Source: a virus (Duplodnaviria; Caudoviricetes). From it: 25,620 nt of DNA. The number at the start of each line of letters is the position of its first letter. The first letter of the stretch is position 1. The notes below the pieces were generated by a model that had not been told where the DNA came from, did not search any database, and worked only from the letters and a program-made list of their open reading frames with translations. A program made the position numbers and the translations under genes. Where the stretch lies: positions 1-25,620 of the IMG/VR virus record IMGVR_UViG_3300025280_001244. One strand, written 5' to 3'. Positions 1 to 9,937 of the stretch are shown here, piece after piece.

Positions 1-49
1 CATCTGTACCTTTACATTTAAGTTCGTCTACAGAAAAGTATTCCCACAT
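1..49 (-). CDS. 5' end of probable peptidase M15A-type (D-Ala-D-Ala carboxypeptidase family) endolysin, runs off window edge
   Basis: ATG at 49 overlaps TAA of upstream ORF (TAATG); reads MWEYFSVDELKCKGTD, matching the YF-xx-E-L-x-C-K N-terminal pattern of phage Peptidase_M15_3 proteins; follows a membrane protein at operon end. Only 16 codons visible. Confidence 0.6.
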   Translation of the reverse strand, partial: MWEYFSVDELKCKGTD

Positions 50-411
50 TATTCTTTTTCCTTTGTTCTAGTTGTATTAGGATGTGTTCCATTATGCATT
101 CGATGAAACCGATCCAGATCTTTTTCCATAGCTGTTAGTCTCATTTCAATAGCTCCATCTCTTTCAGATCTTTCCTTCAGAATCTGGGGAGATAGTATGT
201 CCTTTGCCATGACATCAATAGAAGACAGAGCAACAGCTTGTCTTGCCTCTACCTTATCTAACCGTTGGTTAAGACCAGCTACATCTTCTCTAACATCCTC
301 CAGAGTTGCCGTAATAGATTTAATCGTAGCTTTCAGGACTCCCCATGTAGTAGCTATTCCTGTAACTACTACTCCAAAAGTCAGAAGTTCTCTAGGTCCA
401 AGCTCCAGCAT
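49..411 (-). CDS. membrane-anchored coiled-coil protein, possible holin/lysis accessory
   Basis: 120 aa; N-terminal hydrophobic segment (LLTFGVVVTGIATTWGVL) then heptad-like helix; TAATG coupling at both ends; immediately upstream of putative endolysin. Confidence 0.55.
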   Translation of the reverse strand: MLELGPRELLTFGVVVTGIATTWGVLKATIKSITATLEDVREDVAGLNQRLDKVEARQAVALSSIDVMAKDILSPQILKERSERDGAIEMRLTAMEKDLDRFHRMHNGTHPNTTRTKEKE

Positions 412-3400
412 TAGTCTCTCGATATTTTAGTATTTATAAGTTGATCACGTATCTGATAGAGTTTATTTAAATCTAAATCTTTTCCTAGAGTCCGAAGATA
501 TAACATATCATTATCAGTTAAGTCATCAGGTTCAAATTCATTAGACATAACTTTATATAGTAAGTCAATTAATTGAGAAGGATCTTCTTTTTGTTCATCT
601 TTAGTAATTCCTCTAAAGAAATCTTCTTGAGATAGTGTTCCTCCTTCAGGAGTTAATATATTAAAAGCTTCTACTAATCTCTTTAATCTTTTAACTTCTC
701 TTATTTTAAATTCTTGAGAGGTTGTGTAATCATCTAGTAATTGTTCAGCATTTTCTGGACCTGTTAAAGTTTGATCTTTATAAGAAGGAGAGTTACGAAA
801 AGCTCTCTTACTTCCTTCAACTGCTTTACCTTGTCTGTATAATTTATTATACATTCCAAATGTTATGTCTCTTCTTCTTTGTCCTAAACCAATAAGGTTA
901 GGTAATAAATCTGTTTGTTTCTCTGTTAAGGTATTACCATACTTACCTATTGGCCCTAATCCTCTTTCTTTTCTGGCTTCATTACTTCTTTCAAATTGCC
1001 TTCTCTTTTCCAGAAGAGGAAAAAACCCCGGCTTAAAGGGATCGAATGCATATCCTAGTGCTTGTTCCATTGAACCGGGAGCCATCGTATCCCATTCTCC
1101 TTTATATAATTTTAATGCAGCTTCTGTAATCATAGATGGACTAACAAATGGACCTAGAACTTTATCAAAAGCAGCAATAGATAATTGATTCCAATCTACA
1201 TCCCTATCAGGATCAAGTCCACCTACTACAGCTTCGTTAGCAGCTCTGGCAAAAAACTTTACATACTCATATGGATCTATAGGACCAAGACTTATATAGT
1301 CCACACCTATCCTGTCACTCTTATCTCTATTGATGGGACTTGTAAAAATTTTAGGAACAAACTTTTCATAATCTGGTCCTGATTCATCGATAGCTTTCCT
1401 CTGATCTTCAGATATTCCAAATACATTCATTGATTGATTTACAGCTATATCTGCACCTAGTCCTACAGTAGACATACCTGCTAATCTTTTAAGACCAGCA
1501 TTTCTTAATGTAGAATTACCAGACATAATATCCTTAATAGTATACTTAGCTAGATTTTTACTTGTTCTTACCATCTCAGCAGGGAAAGAAAGGAAGTCAC
1601 CAACAGGCCATCTCCTTAAACCCTTAAGAGCATTATTAACCAGATTATAGTTAGGCATTAGATCCCTAGTTCTTCTAGCTGCTAACTCCATCAATTCATT
1701 TTCAGATATCTTAGGATAAGCCTTCTTCAGATATTGTTTTGTTTTATTAAAGTGTAACATTTTATATAGATTGTCTTCATCTCTATATAATTGAAATACA
1801 GGATCAAACTTTTTTCTAGCTCCTCTTCTGGCTCTCTCTAAAATATTATCGATTCTTGTATGACTTCTACCTTCATTGGCAAATTTAGCCCAATCTTCTA
1901 GATTTGATCTAATAACACCTGCCTTCACATCACTATCTAAAACGCCAAGCCTTCGTAGTTCTGCTACCTCTTCAGCAAATTTTCTATCATTCAGTTTAAG
2001 AACACGATTAGATATAAACTTACCTGCATTCTTACCAATAGGTAACATACCATTAGCTACCAGCATAATATTATTACCCATAACATTACGAGCATGTGTG
2101 GCAGGAGACAAAACAGTTTTAGATATTTGAGACATAGCTTTCATTTTAATCCACTGTCTCATTATAGGTCCACTGGGTTTCATAATTTCCAGCCCATTCT
2201 GTATCATATCAGTGTAGGCTTTGTCTGCATATAAACCCTTCAATGGATTATCCATATTATCAGCAGCAAACTTACCCAGATTAGATATTCTATCTAGTCC
2301 TACCTTCTCTAAACTTTCTCCTGTTCCCTTTACTGTAGAGGCAAGCCCTCTTTTTTTTAAGTTACTGGCTATCTCTCTGAGAAATTGTTGTTCCGCTTTT
2401 ATAACTGAAAGTTTTTCAAAAGTATTTCCAAAACTTTTAAACGGATCTCTGTATTGGCCCCATAAATTTCTAATTTGAGGTGCTATATTTCTCTTACCAC
2501 TGAGAGGACTTGTTCCTCTTATCTGAGCTTCTGCTAATTTGTTTAAAAATTTATCATACTTCTGAAAATTGATGGCTCCTTTATCTTTCATTCCACCAGC
2601 AAGATATTTTAATACAGCTTCTACATCTTGAGGAGGTATCTTTTGTTTCTTAAGTAAATATTGTCTTGCTTTCTCAAGAGTTGCAGGATCTATTTCATCT
2701 ATGCCTTTCCATGTAGGATCATCAAAAGCTCTATAAGATCTATTAAGATAAACTCCTATGTTCTTATCTATAGTTGCTTGTAAAGAACCGGGATTTAAAT
2801 TCTTTGATATATCTCCAGACAAATCATCTATCATCGTTCTCATTTCTTGAACTGTATTCAATACATCAGCTTGTCCTGTCTTTGGATTAACTGTCTTAGC
2901 TAATTCATCAAGAGCTTTCTTCTCTCCACCTAATGCTTTATTGACAAGTTCAAGATTACGTTGACCTACATCTCGTCCAAAAGTTTGTTTCATACTCTCT
3001 TTAAGAGTTTTATTCAAAGCATTAACAATAGTTAAAGCTGATGTACCTGCTTGACTATTTCTTATTACGGATGCTAAAGTATCTTCATCGGTTCCTCTAC
3101 GTGATGTAAAGTTTCTAAAAGGAACTCTAATCTTATCCATAAGAGAAGATACCTTATGTTCAGAATTAACCAAGGCTGATTTCTCCATACGATTGGCAGC
3201 TTTAGCTAATGCTGTAGCAGTAGGTGAGCCAGCCCTTAAATAAAAAGCAGCAAATGGAGCTTCCAATCCTATTAAATTATTTAGGAAAGCATCAAGATAT
3301 TGTTTCGATTTCTCGTCTTCAGGATTAATGGCAAGAGGTTCTAAGAAATCAAGTGTTTCTGGAAATGTTTCTACAAGATAATTAACAAGATTTTCTTCTG

Positions 3401-4136
3401 GATCTTCAACAAGAGTAACACCTGCTGCATAACCAGTAGCTAACTTTATTGGTTTACCTAAATTTATTTCTTTTGCAGAATGTTCAAGTTTTAATTTTCC
3501 AGCCTTTGGCTTAATAGGTGAAGATTTTAAAGGCCAAGCAGGTTTAGTCCATTCTTTTGGCAACTCTAATTTTTTTAATTCTTTTGCACTAAATTCTTTT
3601 CTGGCTAATGGTATAGCTAATTTAGGAATATTTAAAGCTTTAGCTCCCAAGGTTATACCCTTTACTATCCCCAAGCCACTAGCAACCATAGGAGCTATAT
3701 AACCTGCTCCATATTCTACAGTTCCTCCAAGACCATCTCCATGAAAAGGATCAAAGAATTCTGTTAATTCTGTTTTTACAGAATCAGGCATTTCTTCTGC
3801 TATGCTTTCAATAGTACTATCAACTGTTTCCATTACTCCTTCAGGAAGAAAAGTTTCTCCTACATCATAGATACCTCTAGCAAGTTCTCCTACAGCCCTG
3901 CCCGGAACTCTAGATACCCAAGTACCACCTTGAGTAGCATCACCTCCACTCTCAATATCTTTTTCATACTCTGTATATTGCTGTCTGAATTGTTCAGGAT
4001 CATAATCTTTATATTCAATAAAGATATCTACCATTTCCTTAGTCGGGTTATCTATACCCTGACCAGCAAAGTACTCATCTATTTCAGTAAGAGTATCCTG
4101 ATAAGACTGCGACTGATATGCTGCTGTTTTTACCAC
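411..4136 (-). CDS. large internal virion (DNA ejection) protein
   Basis: 1241 aa, GTG start with AAGGA upstream; mostly helical composition; size and position (last large gene after tail genes, before lysis genes) match podoviral ejection proteins. Function inferred from synteny. Confidence 0.65.
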   Translation of the reverse strand: MVKTAAYQSQSYQDTLTEIDEYFAGQGIDNPTKEMVDIFIEYKDYDPEQFRQQYTEYEKDIESGGDATQGGTWVSRVPGRAVGELARGIYDVGETFLPEGVMETVDSTIESIAEEMPDSVKTELTEFFDPFHGDGLGGTVEYGAGYIAPMVASGLGIVKGITLGAKALNIPKLAIPLARKEFSAKELKKLELPKEWTKPAWPLKSSPIKPKAGKLKLEHSAKEINLGKPIKLATGYAAGVTLVEDPEENLVNYLVETFPETLDFLEPLAINPEDEKSKQYLDAFLNNLIGLEAPFAAFYLRAGSPTATALAKAANRMEKSALVNSEHKVSSLMDKIRVPFRNFTSRRGTDEDTLASVIRNSQAGTSALTIVNALNKTLKESMKQTFGRDVGQRNLELVNKALGGEKKALDELAKTVNPKTGQADVLNTVQEMRTMIDDLSGDISKNLNPGSLQATIDKNIGVYLNRSYRAFDDPTWKGIDEIDPATLEKARQYLLKKQKIPPQDVEAVLKYLAGGMKDKGAINFQKYDKFLNKLAEAQIRGTSPLSGKRNIAPQIRNLWGQYRDPFKSFGNTFEKLSVIKAEQQFLREIASNLKKRGLASTVKGTGESLEKVGLDRISNLGKFAADNMDNPLKGLYADKAYTDMIQNGLEIMKPSGPIMRQWIKMKAMSQISKTVLSPATHARNVMGNNIMLVANGMLPIGKNAGKFISNRVLKLNDRKFAEEVAELRRLGVLDSDVKAGVIRSNLEDWAKFANEGRSHTRIDNILERARRGARKKFDPVFQLYRDEDNLYKMLHFNKTKQYLKKAYPKISENELMELAARRTRDLMPNYNLVNNALKGLRRWPVGDFLSFPAEMVRTSKNLAKYTIKDIMSGNSTLRNAGLKRLAGMSTVGLGADIAVNQSMNVFGISEDQRKAIDESGPDYEKFVPKIFTSPINRDKSDRIGVDYISLGPIDPYEYVKFFARAANEAVVGGLDPDRDVDWNQLSIAAFDKVLGPFVSPSMITEAALKLYKGEWDTMAPGSMEQALGYAFDPFKPGFFPLLEKRRQFERSNEARKERGLGPIGKYGNTLTEKQTDLLPNLIGLGQRRRDITFGMYNKLYRQGKAVEGSKRAFRNSPSYKDQTLTGPENAEQLLDDYTTSQEFKIREVKRLKRLVEAFNILTPEGGTLSQEDFFRGITKDEQKEDPSQLIDLLYKVMSNEFEPDDLTDNDMLYLRTLGKDLDLNKLYQIRDQLINTKISRD

Positions 4137-4146
4137 AGTGTTATCC

Positions 4147-6462
4147 TTATTTGTTTGTATCGCTTACAGTTAAACCTCTTTTTACTTGGTTAATTGCATC
4201 AGTAGCTGATATATTAGGATTACCTGAGAAGGCTCTATCTCTTCCCGGTATACTGTACTTAGCCCACTCCTCTTTATTATTTATATTAGCTAATACATGT
4301 GCTGATAATAATTTTCTAAATTCTCCTTTTCTAGCATCAGTAGCAGATTTAAAAGTTTGATTAACTGTATCATTAATGTATCTTACAGCAGCAGTTAATG
4401 TTTGTGGATTTGTTTTTATTTTATTTGCCTTAGTCCAATTCGCCATTGCTGTAAGAAGATTTCCTTCTACTCCTAATGCAGCTTGTTGTAATTTAATATC
4501 AGCAGTCTCTACAGCCAGTAAAGTTTTAGCTGCATCAATAGCTCTTTGACCATCTCCTTCAGCTTCCTTTGCTAATTTCATACGTGCTTCTACTAAAGAT
4601 TTTCCTCCAGCAGACGCACCTTTAGCAGCAGCAGCTAGAAAACCTTGAGAAGGATCTGCTGAACCAACAGCTTCTCCAGCTATAAGTAAACTTTTCCAGA
4701 AAGCAAGTTCATTTCTTTTTGTTCTGGAATCTTTTCTGGTTTTCTTATCTTGACCTATAGCCTCTTTTAATTGATCTTGTAAGTCGTTTACTGATGTTAT
4801 TCCTTCATCAATCATTTTTTGAAATTTAGTATTATTTTCTATCATACTACTAATAAATCCAAAACCACTTACGTCATCCTTTTTAGTAGTATCTGGTTTC
4901 TTAGGTTCTGTGAGTAACATATCTGCTTGTTCAACTACTCCTACTTTTTTTTCTTTATCTGTATCTTGTTTAGCTTCTTCCATTTTCAATTTCAAAATAT
5001 CGTCTTTTGTAGGTACTGTACCGGGAGGTTCAACACCTTCTATTGTAGTTACATCAACTTCTAAATCAGGTTGTCTAGAAGAAGTAGCCATTATTTCTTC
5101 TGTAGTTGGAGGAGGAAGTACTTCTGATCCTAATACATTTTTCATTCCTCTTTTAATACTTTGACTTCCTCCTATTGCTTGTGAAGGAGCTATACTAGTT
5201 ATTCCTAATTTATTTAATACTTGAGTTGCAACATCAACAGGCGCACCTGCTAAGTCTGTAAGTATTTTATTAATATATCTTGCAGGAGGACCAGCATATT
5301 TTCCTATAGTACGATCAACTTCTCTCCAATTAATAGGCTCTCCAAAAGCTTCAGGATCTGTTCCTATTGAACCCATTTGCCTTCTTATCACAGGGAGTCC
5401 AGACAAACCACTCTTATACATTCTCATTAATTGATCTCTATCACCAGCAGAGATAGCACCAGAACCTTCTCTCATATACTTACCCAGATTTTTATCTGAT
5501 AGTCTTCCTATAGATCCACCTCCTGCGGTTCTAATAGGGAAACCTCCCCCATAAATATTTCCTCTTCCCATACCAAACATACCAAGACCTGAAAGACCTA
5601 GACTTAAGAGAGACTGTCCTGTACTAGGTTGTGGCCTACTTGTAACGTCAGTTGTATCAAATGTTTTAGCCAGAGGATTACCATAAACAGTTCCTGAATA
5701 CTGTGCTAATGTTTCTTGAGGGAATTGCTGTTTCTCTAAAAATTTATAATAAGCTTCATCCAAAGCAGATTGGCCTAATGCCTGTCTCTCTTCTCCTGCT
5801 GCCTTTTGCGCTCCTAATTCTGATATTCTACTTGTTAAAGCCTGAGTACCTAGTCCAGACAGATCTGCTGCCATGCCTCGTTCTCTAAGCTTTTGTTGTT
5901 CAAATCCTTTTCTGGCATCATCATAAGCTTTCTGCAATCCTTTAGCTTCTATATCAGATAGAAGTTGTGATTGTCCTCTCTGAAGTTCTGCTGCTTCTAC
6001 TCCTGCTCTTGTACCAAGACCTGTAAGACCACCAGCCCCTACAGCTTCAGCCTCAAATCTAGGCATAATATTTCTTTCAAATTGTCTTTGAGCTTCTCTC
6101 TTCTCAATGTCAGTTACTGCTCTTTGATACGGAGACATAAACTCTTCGGCAATCTCAGGTGTAAATCTTTCTCCACCTGTCTCATAAATTTCTGTAGCCT
6201 TCTCAAGGAAAGGTGTTGTAGTTCCGGGTAATCCTGCAAGTCCTGTCAGAGCAGCTTCTTGATCAGGAGTCAAAGGAGCTATAGTTGCACCTGTATATGG
6301 TTGATAACCTCTAGCTAATTCTCCTTTATATAACTGTTGTGCCTCACCAAGGATCTCCTTAACAAAAGGAGCTATTTCTTCTGGTAATTTACTTGATTGA
6401 ACAACAGTTGAACTTGGTGAACTACTTCTTTTTGTTCCAAATAATGAAGATAAAAAACCCAT
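4147..6462 (-). CDS. internal virion / DNA transfer (ejection) protein
   Basis: 771 aa; MGFLSSLFG start, YQPYTGATIAPLTPDQEAA and FMSPYQRAVTD motifs, Gly/Ala/Gln-rich helices and a Gly-rich hydrophobic segment (LLSLGLSGLGMFG), as in podoviral pilot/ejection proteins; GAAAGG upstream. Confidence 0.65.
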   Translation of the reverse strand: MGFLSSLFGTKRSSSPSSTVVQSSKLPEEIAPFVKEILGEAQQLYKGELARGYQPYTGATIAPLTPDQEAALTGLAGLPGTTTPFLEKATEIYETGGERFTPEIAEEFMSPYQRAVTDIEKREAQRQFERNIMPRFEAEAVGAGGLTGLGTRAGVEAAELQRGQSQLLSDIEAKGLQKAYDDARKGFEQQKLRERGMAADLSGLGTQALTSRISELGAQKAAGEERQALGQSALDEAYYKFLEKQQFPQETLAQYSGTVYGNPLAKTFDTTDVTSRPQPSTGQSLLSLGLSGLGMFGMGRGNIYGGGFPIRTAGGGSIGRLSDKNLGKYMREGSGAISAGDRDQLMRMYKSGLSGLPVIRRQMGSIGTDPEAFGEPINWREVDRTIGKYAGPPARYINKILTDLAGAPVDVATQVLNKLGITSIAPSQAIGGSQSIKRGMKNVLGSEVLPPPTTEEIMATSSRQPDLEVDVTTIEGVEPPGTVPTKDDILKLKMEEAKQDTDKEKKVGVVEQADMLLTEPKKPDTTKKDDVSGFGFISSMIENNTKFQKMIDEGITSVNDLQDQLKEAIGQDKKTRKDSRTKRNELAFWKSLLIAGEAVGSADPSQGFLAAAAKGASAGGKSLVEARMKLAKEAEGDGQRAIDAAKTLLAVETADIKLQQAALGVEGNLLTAMANWTKANKIKTNPQTLTAAVRYINDTVNQTFKSATDARKGEFRKLLSAHVLANINNKEEWAKYSIPGRDRAFSGNPNISATDAINQVKRGLTVSDTNK

Positions 6463-6464
6463 CT

Positions 6465-7286
6465 TTATACCCTTTCTATCATTGGCCTAAGAGCAGCAAG
6501 ACCATCTATTTGATTTGGTTGTTGGTCTGTGCCATAGGCTTTTTCTCTAATATGTTCTACTACATTATCCATTACATCTGCTCCTTTATCTGCATTACCA
6601 TTACCAATAGCAGACATAGTGTGTGCATCAACTACGTATTCCTTTGGACTGACTGCTAATGTAGCTACTTGTTCTCCCTCTTCCTTTATAGGCATAAAGA
6701 CATTATCCTGCATACCATGCCCATCTCCTCTAACTCTGCCTTCAAATTTTCCTCCAAGTGCCATGCCTATTAAACCACCTTGGGCTGATGGAATTTTTTC
6801 AATTATAGATGGATCTTCTGTTGATACACCTAATAGATCTTTAGAAACATTACTTATTTCCTTTTCTGCATTTGGTCCTAAAGCCCGTCCAAGTAAATTT
6901 TCCATTGCTATCAGTTTTATTACTTGTTCACCATGCTCTATTTTCTCATCAGGTGACATGCTTCCTACAATTTCTTCTCCTTCTACAACTTCTTCTCTAG
7001 GTCTTTGAAGATCCTCTCGATTCCTATGTTGAAAATCTTGTATTCCTCGTATTCCTCTTGTCATAAAATCTGTAGGATTATCTCTACGTAATCCCTTAAT
7101 TACATCATCTATAAAATTACCAGCTACTTGTTGCGAAGGATTTTGTTCTCTTCGATCTTTTATATATCTTAAATCATCTCCAAGATTAGGTGTTTGAGCT
7201 ATTTTCCTATGATCTAAAGCACCTTGTACCTTATTAGGAACAGTCTGTACTGGCTGAAATACTGGTATATTAGCACCTCTATTCAT
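6465..7286 (-). CDS. probable internal virion protein with C-terminal G-x-G-x-G-x-x-D...S-x-x-E-Y-V-V domain
   Basis: Start re-assigned to ATG at 7286 (MNRGANIP; GGGGA upstream, overlaps stop of previous ORF) giving 273 aa. C-terminus GRVRGDGHGMQDNV...LAVSPKEYVVDAHTMSAIGNG resembles the motif seen in phage internal and tape-measure proteins. Confidence 0.6.
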   Translation of the reverse strand: MNRGANIPVFQPVQTVPNKVQGALDHRKIAQTPNLGDDLRYIKDRREQNPSQQVAGNFIDDVIKGLRRDNPTDFMTRGIRGIQDFQHRNREDLQRPREEVVEGEEIVGSMSPDEKIEHGEQVIKLIAMENLLGRALGPNAEKEISNVSKDLLGVSTEDPSIIEKIPSAQGGLIGMALGGKFEGRVRGDGHGMQDNVFMPIKEEGEQVATLAVSPKEYVVDAHTMSAIGNGNADKGADVMDNVVEHIREKAYGTDQQPNQIDGLAALRPMIERV

Positions 7287-7509
7287 ATTGATTCCCCATT
7301 TGTCTAGATGTAAAGTTACTAATATCACCTTGGGTATCAAAGTTATTTTGATTGTTATAATTATACACTAGTTTCTGCTGATTCCCAAATTGTTGTGGTA
7401 TTTTTTGTTGCATAGAATACATATCATCTCGCACTACCATCCCTTTATTATAGATACCAAATAAAGTTTCATTGTTTACTATACCAAAATGTTCTGCCAT
7501 TGTTTTCAT
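7279..7509 (-). CDS. small Asn/Gln-rich hypothetical protein
   Basis: Start re-assigned to ATG at 7509 (TAATG overlap with upstream stop), 76 aa, fills the gap exactly. Confidence 0.6.
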   Translation of the reverse strand: MKTMAEHFGIVNNETLFGIYNKGMVVRDDMYSMQQKIPQQFGNQQKLVYNYNNQNNFDTQGDISNFTSRQMGNQYE

Positions 7510-7784
7510 TAATTTAAATCCTGCCAAGATGTTTCCGATCCAACACTAACATAACCTCTAAATTTACCACTACTGGCTGAGTAAGATATATCTCCCTTTC
7601 TGGGACGACCTATACTTGTTATTGTTACCACACTAAAAATATTGGTAGATGGTGTATTCCTTAATTCTAAGTCTCTACTATCAAGTTCATTAATCAACAT
7701 TGATCCCCATCTCTGAACTTCCTTATACATAGTTTTAATTTCTTCGTTTGTTAGATACATTGGTAGAGTTGGGTATCTTGCCAT
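7509..7784 (-). CDS. small tail-associated hypothetical protein
   Basis: Start re-assigned to ATG at 7784 (TAATG overlap; MARYPTLP), 91 aa; C-terminal KGDISYSASSGKFRGYV...WQDL resembles the short fibre/needle-type motif (G-x-I-x-Y-x-x-x-x-x-x-F-x-G-Y...W); directly follows nozzle-like gene. Confidence 0.6.
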   Translation of the reverse strand: MARYPTLPMYLTNEEIKTMYKEVQRWGSMLINELDSRDLELRNTPSTNIFSVVTITSIGRPRKGDISYSASSGKFRGYVSVGSETSWQDLN

Positions 7785-9934
7785 TATCTTCCCCCATCTC
7801 CCTGTACTCCTAATCGGATAGATCCCCATCTCCAACTAGCATTATTAGAGTCACAAGATACCCTTACCTTTGCTTGCCTTCCTCTAGCTCTAAGATTAAC
7901 CTTTTGTGTTGTATTTGTTATATCAAACTCTTTTGTAATAGACTCACTACTTTCTGGATATTGTTTAGAAACAAGATGTAATTTAATCTTACCAGTACTT
8001 AAATCAAAGTCTGGTATTATCTTATTCATAAACATGATAGCATTACCATCATCTATATCAAAGTCAGCAGACTCTACAAAAGAAGTTAATGTTGCACCAT
8101 CTCCTGTAAAGACATCTGCTGGTTCATTATTAAATAAAAAGTTTCCTGTCGTTGTAGCTCCAGTAGTTATTGTATTTCCAAAAACTTCTCTATCTTTAAA
8201 TGTTGTAAAGAATGTATCTCCATATACCCAATAATTTTCTTCAGGAGAAAAGACTACATAGCTGTCACATTCTGTTGCATCATTAGAAACAAACAACCAT
8301 ATTATTTCTTTAAACTCTGAATTAATTCCTGCATAAACTTTATCATAATAAGTCGTATTAAGTTTATCAAAAATAAATCTTCTTACTGTACAATCCAGTA
8401 CTTCTACCTGTCCTGTATTGGCATAAAAGTTATCAAATCCCATCCAGTAAGTCACACCATTATAGTCAATCCCTGCATGTGGTCCTATCATTCCACAGTT
8501 TGTTCCTGCCTGTTGAAACTTAAATGTAAAAGGAGGACCAGCAAATTCCATCAGCCATAAAGAGTTATCTGTCCATATATTAATAGCATTCTTTGATCGT
8601 ACTGCTCCTACTATCTTAGTTCCATCTGTAAGAACAACTTCCCCTGCTGTAGAACTTACTGAAGGAACCCAATTAGATCTGTCTCCCTGATCTGACCATC
8701 TAACCAACATAGGATTAAATGTACCACTTACAGTAGCAGTAGGACTAAATTCATTAGCTCCCAATGCAACAACATGTCTATCGTTTGGAGAGACAATCAA
8801 AGAGTTTACACTAATAGGAGATGTTGTAACTGTTGTAGCTCTTACAGGAGAAGTCGAAGCTTGGGTAATAAAGTAATACATATTACTTCCTCTTCGGTTT
8901 AACAATACATTCTCACCCCACAGATCCATACTCCATTGAGCTATATCAAGAGCAAGATCAAGAGAATCTGCTGAAGCTGCTTCATTCCATGCTCTTCCTG
9001 ATCCCCCTCCTGCCGTCTGTGGATAAATTAAAGCAGTCATATTAATAGAAGATGTTACATCTCCACTTGCACTTGCATTAGCAGCAGCACTAACAATTAC
9101 TTGTGTACTATTTATTGAAACAATTGTAAATTGTGGCCCTCCTGCTGCTGGCTTGGTAAGATTTAAATTACCTCCTATTGTAGCTGCTACGGAATCTATG
9201 GAAGTATTTTGAAATACGATAAAATCATTAGCAACACCACCATGAGCAGCATCACAAGAAACAGTGACAAGTGGAGAACCACCAGTAGCTGTAATCTTGC
9301 TAAGACCCACTGATGTAGGCTCTGCTGCATTATAATCAGAAGCTCCATATCCTACTCCTTGAGATGCTACAGAAGCTCCTGTAGCAATATAATAATTAAA
9401 GGTTGCAGATCCTGCTTGTGTAGAAGTAGCTCCTGCATCATTTGAAATAGATATTGTAAATGAATTTACATTTATAACAGAAGTAATTTGATATATATTT
9501 CCTTGTATACTTACATTACTTCCAAATGTAGCAGCAGATGTAAATAAAATCCAATCTCCTACTTCTCTTCCATGTGAACCATCTGAACAGCATACCCTAG
9601 TAGATCCAGCAGTTGTTCCAAATACATTAGCTAATGTAACAAGAGTTGCAATCGGAGTTATATCTGTTATTTGATCTCCATCATGTTCATAAACTTTATC
9701 TGGTGTAGCAAAGATAGCTCTCTTTTTATTGCTATTATCTCTCCATGTTACGAGATCTCTGGCAGAACCATCAAATGCAGTAGATACTTTTGTTTCATAT
9801 CCTCTGGTATTCTCTGGTTTTCCAGCCCGAAACCTGACACGGTTCCCATCAAACCACTTGCCTTCTTCAGCATATTGGGTAGTTTCTCTATTAAACCCTT
9901 GCTGAAAATCAAATTTTGCTAGTTGAGAAGTCAT
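7784..9934 (-). CDS. tail nozzle / packaged-DNA stabilisation protein (P22 gp10 / tail tubular B-like, beta-propeller)
   Basis: 716 aa, beta-rich; GFNRETTQYAEEGKWFDGNRVRFRAGKPE start, MLVRWSDQ, NCGMIGPHA, RARGRQ and terminal DGGR motifs; position between fibre and ejection genes. Confidence 0.7.
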   Translation of the reverse strand: MTSQLAKFDFQQGFNRETTQYAEEGKWFDGNRVRFRAGKPENTRGYETKVSTAFDGSARDLVTWRDNSNKKRAIFATPDKVYEHDGDQITDITPIATLVTLANVFGTTAGSTRVCCSDGSHGREVGDWILFTSAATFGSNVSIQGNIYQITSVINVNSFTISISNDAGATSTQAGSATFNYYIATGASVASQGVGYGASDYNAAEPTSVGLSKITATGGSPLVTVSCDAAHGGVANDFIVFQNTSIDSVAATIGGNLNLTKPAAGGPQFTIVSINSTQVIVSAAANASASGDVTSSINMTALIYPQTAGGGSGRAWNEAASADSLDLALDIAQWSMDLWGENVLLNRRGSNMYYFITQASTSPVRATTVTTSPISVNSLIVSPNDRHVVALGANEFSPTATVSGTFNPMLVRWSDQGDRSNWVPSVSSTAGEVVLTDGTKIVGAVRSKNAINIWTDNSLWLMEFAGPPFTFKFQQAGTNCGMIGPHAGIDYNGVTYWMGFDNFYANTGQVEVLDCTVRRFIFDKLNTTYYDKVYAGINSEFKEIIWLFVSNDATECDSYVVFSPEENYWVYGDTFFTTFKDREVFGNTITTGATTTGNFLFNNEPADVFTGDGATLTSFVESADFDIDDGNAIMFMNKIIPDFDLSTGKIKLHLVSKQYPESSESITKEFDITNTTQKVNLRARGRQAKVRVSCDSNNASWRWGSIRLGVQGDGGR

Positions 9935-9937
9935 TTA

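Noticed and set aside
6465-6800. Tape-measure-like motif suggesting a long-tailed phage
   Set aside because: Protein is short and no tail tube, sheath or long tape-measure gene is seen; neighbours fit a short-tailed architecture.
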